A stretch of 64,000 bases of DNA from a virus. The position numbers and the translations under genes were made by a program. Where the stretch lies: IMG/VR virus record IMGVR_UViG_3300035670_010691, positions 44,915-108,914 of that record; one strand, given 5' to 3'. The notes below the pieces were generated by a model, which saw only the letters and a program-made list of their open reading frames with translations, was not told the origin of the DNA and ran no database searches. This document shows, in pieces, positions 47,984-56,197 of this stretch. Within the stretch, counting starts at the first letter, position 1. Every line of letters starts with the position of its first letter.

Positions 47984-49699
47984 ATGGCAGATACAACATT
48001 TTTTGGTAGGTTAAAAAAACTATTTAACTCTCAAGCAATTGTAACCGTAGACAAGGACGGGAAACGAAAAGTTTTTGATGCAAATGAAAATCAACAAACA
48101 AATTTATCTAATTTAAGAGATAGATATACTAAAATTCAGAAGTCTTTCTATGAAATGGCGGGCGGTGCTCAATCAATGGCATACCAACAAGTTCGTAGAG
48201 AAGTTTTCCGTGATTATGATGCAATGGATCAAGACCCGATTATTGCTTCTGCTCTTGATATTTACGCAGACGAGTCCACTCTTAAAAACGAATTCGGTGA
48301 TACACTCACTATTGTTTCAGATAATGAAAGAGTTCAAGAAATTCTTCAAAATCTTTTCTATGATATTCTTAACATAGAGTTTAACCTATGGCCTTGGACA
48401 CGTAATATGTGTAAGTATGGTGATTTCTTCTTAGGTCTTGAAATTGCGGAAGGTAAAGGTATAGTAAATGTTATGCCTCATTCTGTTTACAATACCGAAA
48501 GAATGGAGATGATTGACCCTTCCAATCCTCATGTGGTAAAGTTCAAAATTATGGAAGACCCAAACGGAAAACAAGAGTATGAGGATTTTGAAATCGCTCA
48601 CTTCCGTCTTCTTTCAGATACTAACTGGTTACCATACGGTAAATCTATGATTGAAAATGGTAGAAGATTGTGGAAACAACTTTCACTTATGGAAGATGCG
48701 ATGTTAATCCATAGAATTATGAGAGCACCTGAAAAGAGAGTGTTTAAAATTGATATTGGAACCATACCACCAAATGAAGTTGATAATTATATGCAAAGAA
48801 TTATCAATAAAATGAAAAAGGTTCCATTTCTTGATAAGAACACAGGTGATTACAACTTAAAATATAATATGCAAAATCTTACCGAAGATTTCTACCTACC
48901 CGTTCGTGGTGGTGATAGTGGAACTTCTATTGATAATATCGGTGGGTTAGAATACACAAGTATTGAAGATATTGATTATCTAAAAGGTAAATTATTCTCA
49001 GCTCTTAAAATTCCAAAAGCATACTTGGGATATGAAGAAAACATTAACGGTAAAGCAACACTCGCAGCAGAAGATGTTAGGTTTGCAAGAACAATTGAAA
49101 GAATTCAAAAAACACTTGTATCTGAATTAACTAAAATTGCAGTTATTCACCTTTACGCACAAGGTATACAAGATAGTGAGATGTTAAACTTTGAATTAGC
49201 ACTTGTTAATCCATCTACCATCTACGAACAAGAAAAAGTAAACCTTTGGTCTGAAAAAGTTCGTTTGGCACAGGATATAGCTGGTCTGAATATGTTATCA
49301 AAAGATTGGGTATATGATAATATCTTTAAAATACCTACAAGTGAAAAAGAAGAACAACAGATTAAAGTAATTAATGACCTAAAAGACCGTTTCCGTTATA
49401 ATTCTATTGAAAATGAAGGAAACGACCCTGCACAGGAAGACCAACAACCTACAGACATCGAAGAGGAATTGGAAACACTTAAAACTGAATTAAAAGATAA
49501 AGGTGGAAGACCGAGAGAAGGTAATACTTATAGTAAAGACAAACACCCTTATGGAAGAGATCCATTGGGTGATGACGAAAGAACAAGACCTCGTAGTAGG
49601 ACATCCGAGGAAAAAATCCGTAAATATTTAAACGGCGTTTCATCAAAAAGAACTTATTTACATGAAAATGATACTTTATTAAACAAAAATAAAGTATGA
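47984..49699 (+). CDS. portal protein (T4 gp20-like)
   Basis: LMEDAMLIHRIMRAPEKRVFKIDIG, EDFYLP, LKIPKAYL, EDVRF. Confidence 0.95.
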   Translation: MADTTFFGRLKKLFNSQAIVTVDKDGKRKVFDANENQQTNLSNLRDRYTKIQKSFYEMAGGAQSMAYQQVRREVFRDYDAMDQDPIIASALDIYADESTLKNEFGDTLTIVSDNERVQEILQNLFYDILNIEFNLWPWTRNMCKYGDFFLGLEIAEGKGIVNVMPHSVYNTERMEMIDPSNPHVVKFKIMEDPNGKQEYEDFEIAHFRLLSDTNWLPYGKSMIENGRRLWKQLSLMEDAMLIHRIMRAPEKRVFKIDIGTIPPNEVDNYMQRIINKMKKVPFLDKNTGDYNLKYNMQNLTEDFYLPVRGGDSGTSIDNIGGLEYTSIEDIDYLKGKLFSALKIPKAYLGYEENINGKATLAAEDVRFARTIERIQKTLVSELTKIAVIHLYAQGIQDSEMLNFELALVNPSTIYEQEKVNLWSEKVRLAQDIAGLNMLSKDWVYDNIFKIPTSEKEEQQIKVINDLKDRFRYNSIENEGNDPAQEDQQPTDIEEELETLKTELKDKGGRPREGNTYSKDKHPYGRDPLGDDERTRPRSRTSEEKIRKYLNGVSSKRTYLHENDTLLNKNKV

Positions 49700-49732
49700 T
49701 AATTAATTAAATTAAGGTAATCTTTAATAAAA

Positions 49733-49743
49733 TTATATTTATA
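49733..49743 (+). promoter_or_regulatory. candidate late promoter TTATATTTATA
   Basis: Recurring intergenic motif, here after the portal gene. Confidence 0.5.
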
Positions 49744-49784
49744 ATAGATATTTTTAGTATATCAAAAAGAAATTATTAGAAAGA

Positions 49785-50645
49785 ATGAAACGAATCAAAC
49801 ACAGCAAATTTAAAAATACAGGTTTTTTATTTGAACTTTTAACAAGACAAGTGACTCTTGAGATTCTTAATGGTTCAGATGAAAAGTCTAAATTTATCGT
49901 TAAAGAATTTTTTAATGGTAAAACAGAATTATCAAAAGAATTACGTTTATTTAATTTACTTTTGAATGAAAAACAGGTAAATGAAAATAAATCAGAAAAA
50001 TTTATTGACTTGATAATTCAAGCACACTCTCACATTAACATTGAAAAACTAAATGAAGAAAAGTATAATTTAGTTAAGAAAATTAAAGAAAACTTTAATG
50101 TTGAGAACTTTTTTGCTTCTCCTATAACAAATTATAAAGTTTTAGCATCTATACACAAATTATTTGAAGCAAAAAAATTAGATGTTAAAAATGTTAAGGA
50201 TGTTTTTGATTCTCGTCAAACTTTGGTAGAACACATTTCCAAAGAAAAAGTTAATAAACAAAAAAATACAGATAAATTAGTTGAAACTTACAAAAAACAA
50301 GAAGAAGATGTAAGATTATTAACTTATAAAATTCTTGTTGAAACTTTTAACAAAAAGTATTCAAAGTTAAATGAAAATCAAAAAGGACTTTTAAAGAATT
50401 ATATTAATAATGTTAATAATTCATCAAAGTTTAAAGATTATTACAAAAAACAATTAAAAGAAGTTATAGTAATAATGACCGAATTATTTAACCAAATGAA
50501 TGATAAAGTCACCAAAATTAAATTAAAAGAAACCATCAACGTATTAAAAAACCAAAAAATATTGAGGGAGGTGAGTGATAATCAAGTATCAGCGTTGATG
50601 ATGGCTTTTGAGTTAGTAAAAGAGATAAAAAATGTTAGAAAGTGA
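49785..50645 (+). CDS. hypothetical head-module protein
   Basis: Helical ORF directly after the portal gene, with an upstream TATTTATA. Confidence 0.6.
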   Translation: MKRIKHSKFKNTGFLFELLTRQVTLEILNGSDEKSKFIVKEFFNGKTELSKELRLFNLLLNEKQVNENKSEKFIDLIIQAHSHINIEKLNEEKYNLVKKIKENFNVENFFASPITNYKVLASIHKLFEAKKLDVKNVKDVFDSRQTLVEHISKEKVNKQKNTDKLVETYKKQEEDVRLLTYKILVETFNKKYSKLNENQKGLLKNYINNVNNSSKFKDYYKKQLKEVIVIMTELFNQMNDKVTKIKLKETINVLKNQKILREVSDNQVSALMMAFELVKEIKNVRK

Positions 50646-50823
50646 ATTAAAGGAGTATATACGAGAACTTGTCAGAGAGATTCAGATGGAGTTAGACGAA
50701 ACTACTACTACTGCTTCTGTTGACGGGTATCAAACTCCCTTCGCTTTTTCAGGTGGTAGAACCAAAGATAAAAAAAAGAAAAAGGATATAATAGACGCTT
50801 CAGGTTATGAAGAAGTTAAATAG
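50632..50823 (+). CDS. small putative head internal protein
   Basis: Amphipathic leader ending LDE, then TTTASVDGYQTPFAF. Confidence 0.5.
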   Translation: MLESELKEYIRELVREIQMELDETTTTASVDGYQTPFAFSGGRTKDKKKKKDIIDASGYEEVK

Positions 50824-50832
50824 GGACTAATT

Positions 50833-51633
50833 ATGAAAATTTCAAAAAACAGATTAAGAGAGATTGTTAAAGAAGTTATTAAAGAAGAGTCAGAATACCA
50901 AGAGTTCTTCAAAAGAGCATTAGAAAAAACAGGTAAATCAATACCACAAATGTCTGATGAAGAGAAAAAGGCTTTCTTTGATAAAATTGAAGCTGCATGG
51001 AAAGGTAAAGGTGAGAAAAATGAAGGTAACGCATTTGGTGCTGCTGTTTCTCAAGCAAAAGAAGAAGGTGATGACTCGTTTGAGGTTGGTGGAAAAACAT
51101 TCAAAGTAAAAGAAGCAACAATGGGTGAATCTGAACTTCCTAATGTTGCTATCCCAAGTAGTGTAAAAACAAAGTTAAATTTGGCTATTGATAAAATTAA
51201 AGATAGTAAATTAACTTACCCACAAAAATTACAAGTGGTTGGTAAAATTATTGATAGTTTAGGTGTTGATAAACAAGAATTGACTAAAATGTCAAGTAGA
51301 TTAAGAGGAACTTTGGAATCCGTAGTAAACGAAGCAAAAGTAATTGTATATAATGAAAAAACTGGTGAACGATATGAGGTTTTATCTGGAAAGGGTAAGG
51401 GTGATTTGTTTATTGCTATGAAAGCTTTACAAAAAGTAGCCCCATCTCATATGAAATATTCTATCAAAGAATCCGTAGTAAAAGAAGGTGCTTCATCAGA
51501 AGAACTTCGTATGGCTAAAAACGCAATTAAAAACTTTGCAAGATATAGAAGAGTTCCAGGTGAACAAGCAATATATGACTTGATGAGAGCTCTTAAAGAT
51601 GTTGAAAGAGAATATAAACAAAAAAAGAAGTGA
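50833..51633 (+). CDS. modular putative head internal polyprotein
   Basis: Leader MKISKNRLREIVKEVIKE; two ESVV[NK]E linkers. Confidence 0.55.
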   Translation: MKISKNRLREIVKEVIKEESEYQEFFKRALEKTGKSIPQMSDEEKKAFFDKIEAAWKGKGEKNEGNAFGAAVSQAKEEGDDSFEVGGKTFKVKEATMGESELPNVAIPSSVKTKLNLAIDKIKDSKLTYPQKLQVVGKIIDSLGVDKQELTKMSSRLRGTLESVVNEAKVIVYNEKTGERYEVLSGKGKGDLFIAMKALQKVAPSHMKYSIKESVVKEGASSEELRMAKNAIKNFARYRRVPGEQAIYDLMRALKDVEREYKQKKK

Positions 51634-51806
51634 AAAAATTAGATGAAATACTTAACGAGTTGGTTTTGGAAGAGTTAGAAAAAAACCAAAACCTAAAAGA
51701 AGAAATCACGGGTGTTGATGAAGATAAAATCCGTGATTTAATTCGTTCAGAAGTTTCAGCAATATTTTTTGATTTATTTAAGAAACGTAAAATGTGGGGA
51801 GCGTAA
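51630..51806 (+). CDS. small protein, 58 aa (absent from the ORF track)
   Basis: GTG overlaps the upstream TGA and the stop abuts the protease ATG: MKKLDEILNELVLEE...FFDLFKKRKMWGA. Confidence 0.6.
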   Translation: MKKLDEILNELVLEELEKNQNLKEEITGVDEDKIRDLIRSEVSAIFFDLFKKRKMWGA

Positions 51807-52400
51807 ATGAAACAACTTTTAATAGAAACAAATCTATTTGAAGGTAAAATAAATGAAGATGCAAGTGGTAGAACACTTGTTAAAGGAATTTTACAACGAG
51901 CAGGTGCAGAAAACCAAAATGGTAGAGTGTATCCAAAAGATATTTTAATGCGTGAAGCAAAGAAATATGAAACTCTTATTAATGAAAGAAGAGCACTTGG
52001 TGAATTAGACCACCCTGACTCATCAGTCATTAACTTAAAGAATGTATCCCACAATATTAAAGAAATTCACTGGGAAGGAAATGACTTGATGGGAACCGTA
52101 GAAATCCTTCCAACTCCAAGTGGAAACATTTTAAAAGAATTACTAAAAGCAGGTATCCTTCTTGGTATATCTTCCCGTGGTATGGGTTCAGTAAAACCAA
52201 TTGGAGAAAATAAGGTAGAAGTCGGTGAAGACTTTGAACTAATTGGCTGGGACTTTGTTTCTAACCCGTCAACACACGGAGCATTTATGGTTCCAGTAAA
52301 CGAAAGTGTAAATAGAGGTCAAATGATTGGGTCTGAGCAATGTGATATTTATTGTAAAGCACAAGACTTAATGAGAGAAATTATAACTGAATTAGGATAA
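51807..52400 (+). CDS. prohead core protease (T4 gp21-like)
   Basis: NQNGRVYP, ALGELDHP, VSH, TPSG, GISSRGMGS, DFVSNPS. Confidence 0.95.
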   Translation: MKQLLIETNLFEGKINEDASGRTLVKGILQRAGAENQNGRVYPKDILMREAKKYETLINERRALGELDHPDSSVINLKNVSHNIKEIHWEGNDLMGTVEILPTPSGNILKELLKAGILLGISSRGMGSVKPIGENKVEVGEDFELIGWDFVSNPSTHGAFMVPVNESVNRGQMIGSEQCDIYCKAQDLMREIITELG

Positions 52401-52404
52401 AAAA

Positions 52405-52989
52405 ATGAGTAAATTTGATTTAGAAAAATATCTAAAAGAAAATAAAATCGGACTTGGTAAATATAAAACTACCGAAGGTGGTAAAGTTGCCAAAGGAGTT
52501 TCTGATGTCCGTAAAACGAATTACGATGTTCGTATTACCGAAGATGGTAAGTTAGACCTTTATACTCACAAATCAGTTATTGCTGAAGGTGGTAAAGTTC
52601 TTATCAGAGAAAATGAAGAAAGACCTCTTGCAACTGAAGTTAAAAGACACTTTTTAGAAATTATATCCACATACAAAGGTTTCCAAGAACAAATGCAAAG
52701 ACAAAGTGATATTGTTCAGACAGCAGAAACTTTGGGTGGTGTGGTTGAAGCAGCAAAAACTCTTACTCTTTCTGAAGCAGGTGATTGGTTTGATAAAGTC
52801 ACGGTGAAAAGAAATATGAGTGAGTTAGATAAGTTAGATAAAGCATTTGATAAAGTTGCTCAGGAAGCAAAATCATTAGACGAAAGATTACACGCACTTT
52901 ACGAAGATATGGGTAATATCCTCAATCGTTATTATGAAATCAGTGATATTGACCCCCTAACGATGAAAGAAAGATTAGGTCAAAAATGA
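52405..52989 (+). CDS. hypothetical head-module protein
   Basis: ORF with a coiled-coil C-terminus; several [LI]xE sites. Confidence 0.55.
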   Translation: MSKFDLEKYLKENKIGLGKYKTTEGGKVAKGVSDVRKTNYDVRITEDGKLDLYTHKSVIAEGGKVLIRENEERPLATEVKRHFLEIISTYKGFQEQMQRQSDIVQTAETLGGVVEAAKTLTLSEAGDWFDKVTVKRNMSELDKLDKAFDKVAQEAKSLDERLHALYEDMGNILNRYYEISDIDPLTMKERLGQK

Positions 52990-53177
52990 TAAAGTTAAAA
53001 GATATTATATCAGAAGAAGTTTTAGAGGAAAAGAATTGTCCTACTGATTCTTCAAAATGGTCGTATTGGAAAGGACAAGCAAAAAAGAAATTTGATGTAT
53101 ATCCTTCTGCTTACGCAAATGGCTGGGCTTCAAAACAATACAAAGCCGCCGGCGGTGCCTGGAAAAAATGTGATTAA
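52986..53177 (+). CDS. small putative head internal protein
   Basis: Leader MIKLKDIISEEVLEE; AKKKFDVYPSAYANG...YKAAGG. Confidence 0.6.
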   Translation: MIKLKDIISEEVLEEKNCPTDSSKWSYWKGQAKKKFDVYPSAYANGWASKQYKAAGGAWKKCD

Positions 53178-53188
53178 TATTTATAACT

Positions 53189-53455
53189 ATGAAAACAAAA
53201 TTAAAATTCTTATTAGAAGGTAATAGATACCAAGAACTTCGTAAATCCGAAGGAACTCCTAATCAAAAAATCGGAGTTGGTATTCGTAATATAAGAAAAC
53301 AACTTACAGAAATGGAAAAGTTTGTTGAGTGGTATTCCAAACTTAAAACTGAAAATGAATTAGGTAGAGATCAGTATTGGAAAAGAACCCAAAAACATTT
53401 ACACGGGGTCAGAGAAAGATTAATGTCTTTGTCAGAAAAAATAAGAAAACTTTAA
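53189..53455 (+). CDS. small hypothetical protein
   Basis: Leader MKTKLKFLLEG. Confidence 0.55.
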   Translation: MKTKLKFLLEGNRYQELRKSEGTPNQKIGVGIRNIRKQLTEMEKFVEWYSKLKTENELGRDQYWKRTQKHLHGVRERLMSLSEKIRKL

Positions 53456-53496
53456 GGTAAAAACAATTTAGATTAAATTTAAAAAGGAACAAACTA

Positions 53497-56196
53497 ATGC
53501 CAGCAGTATCACAACAACAACAAAAGATTTTCGGTTTAGCCCTTTCAGTTAAAAGGGGTGAAACTCCTCGTTCAGAAGCATCCCAAGAAGTATTAGATAT
53601 TGTTGATTCTATGACAGAAAAAGACATAGAAGATTTTGCTGGAACAGAACACAAAGGACTTCCTAAAAAAGTAGAACAAAAACTTCGTGAAAAAATTAGA
53701 GAAATTATAAAAAATAATATTAACGAAGTTAGTGAACCCCAAATCATAACACAACTCAAAGATGTTTTAAAAACCGGGTACAAATCTATTAAAGACCCAA
53801 AAACCGGTAAAAAAATGAAAGTAGATAGGTATTCAGCATCCGCAATCGTTGGTGTATATGATAAACTCAATCAATCAAATAAAGAGAAATTTGCTCAACA
53901 AGGTCTTCTAAAAATGCAATCAATTGCATTTAAATTATTGAAGAATGAATCTGTAGTAAGTGAAGGTATTTGGCCGAAATCAAAATTGAGTCCAAGATTT
54001 GAATTTCTATTAGCTCCTGAATTAAAAAAGAAATTTAAAGGCACTTTCCATGTTGATGGGTATGATTTATATCATAATAATAAAATGATTATGAGAATAG
54101 ATAGAGATAAAGATTCCGTAAATTCAATCGTAAATCATATAAGTAGGAATCGTTCAATCCAAAAAAACGAATCAGTAAACGAAGCATCCGATGATTACGA
54201 TTATGCAGGCGAATTACAAGACGCAGTTGAAAAGACATTAAAAGGAAAAAACATTAAAGGATGGAGATTAGATGTAGATTCTCGTTCCGGTACATTTGAA
54301 TATACTAAAAAAGGTATTGATTTAGTAGTATATGCAACTCCAATGTGGGATGGTAACAAGTTTGTTCCATTCAACGTACAAGATATGGAAGGTGATGATG
54401 TTGATATGATACAGAGAGTAATTGGAAACAGATTGACATTCAAACCAACATATGATGTAAAGAAAGATGTTTCTAACTATATTTCAGTAGTAACAAAAAC
54501 ATTAGCAAAAGTAGAACAAGTTTATAGTAAATTAAATATAAAAGGAAACACTCCGGGTGATGTGGGAATGAGAGCATCAATGAAAGACAATGTTGAAAGA
54601 TTGAAAAACGAATCCGTAGTAAACGAACTTAAAAAACTTCCAAACGGAAATTTCTCAATCAAAAAAGGATACAACACCTTTGCTGATTACGAAAAGAACG
54701 CGAAACCAGGCGATACTATCTTAAAGTATGGCAAAAGAGGTAATATGATTAAAACTTTTGTAAATGGTAGTGAATTAAACCAAAATGCTAAAAAGTATTT
54801 AAGTAAGGTTCATAGTATTGTAGGTGATAAAGTAAACCTATCTTTATTTGGAAAGCAAGGAATTTCAACTATACCTGATTATGAAAAGAAAGAAGTTGGT
54901 GTATTAGTATTGGAATCCATAGTAAGTGAAAGGAAACCAAGTAAAATAGTTTGGGATACTAAAAAAATCTCGGATGCAAAAAGAATCAATGTTAGAAAGT
55001 GGTATATGAAAACTTATCCTACCGATGAACTTGGTGGTGAAATAGACAAAAGAATTTCATTATGGGATGTTTACGAATACTTATCACAGGGTCGTGATGC
55101 ATATAAAATTATTGGTGTTGGTGATAGTGTTGTAAGAGAAAGAATATTTGAAAAACTATCTAAGGTCCTTGGTGTTGATTACGATACCATTTACAATATG
55201 TGGGAATCTGTAATAAACGAATTATCTTACGCAGATGGTCCTGCAGTAGGTTGGATTAAAAAGAAAAATGGTAAAAAAGAAGTTGTAAAGGTATTCAATA
55301 CATATAGAGGTGCTTTAATGTGGCAAGCAAAAACAGGATTGAAACTTCTTCACAGAGGCGAAGTTCAAACTGTTGGAGTAGCAAATCAAGAACAATGGGA
55401 AAAACACAAAGCTCAATTCCCAAATCAGTATGTAGAATCCGTAGTAAACGAAGCAGAAAAACCAAAAGTAGTAACCAAAGCAGAGTGGGATAGAACTCAC
55501 AAAGATTTTAAAGGTATGGTAGATGGTAAACCATATATGATGTGGTTAGATAAAAAAACACAAGAAACTATATATGGTCCAGTCACTATAAAAGAAGGGG
55601 TAGTAAGTGAAGGTAAATATGATGATATTTTAGATAAAATACAAAACACAATTCAAAATGCGTCATCTTTTATGAATGTAGGAAAAGAGTTGAAAAACGC
55701 AGGTATTAAATATGATTTTTCAACTTCTATGATACCGATGTATAGAATTAAAGTACCAGGAAACACGATTGCTATTGTTAATAAACGATATGCCGCTGAT
55801 GCTGAAAGAGAAGTGAAAGATATGGCAATTGGTTTATTAGAAGGAAAATTTTTACAAGAAGGACGTGCCTTTATTAACGCAGCTAAAAAAGCAAAAGAAG
55901 AAGGTAAGACAGAGTTTGAGTTTAATGGTAAAACCTATCCTGTAACACTTAAAGAGAATATGATAAACGAGATGAATGATGCTGAGTTTGTGGCAGACCA
56001 ATTAGTAAATCCTGTGGCGGATGGTAGTATGAGTAGAAGTGAGTTTATCAATTTTGTTAGTAAAGAAACAAAGTTTGATAGAAACTCACTTGGTAAAGTA
56101 TATGACGCTTATTTCAAACTTGGTGGTAGAGACAGAGTAAAATTAGATATTACAAAAAACGCACTTTTATTTTTATCAAAATTTGGAATTAAATAA
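53497..56196 (+). CDS. modular putative head internal polyprotein (N-terminal DUF3008-like module plus about 10 cassettes)
   Basis: MPAVSQQQQK..GLAL..KRGE...DIEDFAGT.HKGLP; repeated ESV(V)NE linkers. Confidence 0.65.
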   Translation: MPAVSQQQQKIFGLALSVKRGETPRSEASQEVLDIVDSMTEKDIEDFAGTEHKGLPKKVEQKLREKIREIIKNNINEVSEPQIITQLKDVLKTGYKSIKDPKTGKKMKVDRYSASAIVGVYDKLNQSNKEKFAQQGLLKMQSIAFKLLKNESVVSEGIWPKSKLSPRFEFLLAPELKKKFKGTFHVDGYDLYHNNKMIMRIDRDKDSVNSIVNHISRNRSIQKNESVNEASDDYDYAGELQDAVEKTLKGKNIKGWRLDVDSRSGTFEYTKKGIDLVVYATPMWDGNKFVPFNVQDMEGDDVDMIQRVIGNRLTFKPTYDVKKDVSNYISVVTKTLAKVEQVYSKLNIKGNTPGDVGMRASMKDNVERLKNESVVNELKKLPNGNFSIKKGYNTFADYEKNAKPGDTILKYGKRGNMIKTFVNGSELNQNAKKYLSKVHSIVGDKVNLSLFGKQGISTIPDYEKKEVGVLVLESIVSERKPSKIVWDTKKISDAKRINVRKWYMKTYPTDELGGEIDKRISLWDVYEYLSQGRDAYKIIGVGDSVVRERIFEKLSKVLGVDYDTIYNMWESVINELSYADGPAVGWIKKKNGKKEVVKVFNTYRGALMWQAKTGLKLLHRGEVQTVGVANQEQWEKHKAQFPNQYVESVVNEAEKPKVVTKAEWDRTHKDFKGMVDGKPYMMWLDKKTQETIYGPVTIKEGVVSEGKYDDILDKIQNTIQNASSFMNVGKELKNAGIKYDFSTSMIPMYRIKVPGNTIAIVNKRYAADAEREVKDMAIGLLEGKFLQEGRAFINAAKKAKEEGKTEFEFNGKTYPVTLKENMINEMNDAEFVADQLVNPVADGSMSRSEFINFVSKETKFDRNSLGKVYDAYFKLGGRDRVKLDITKNALLFLSKFGIK

Positions 56197-56197
56197 A

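Noticed and set aside
53146-53155. GC-only palindrome CCGCCGGCGG
   Set aside because: Single copy encoding Ala-Gly-Gly codons; no adjacent element supports a role
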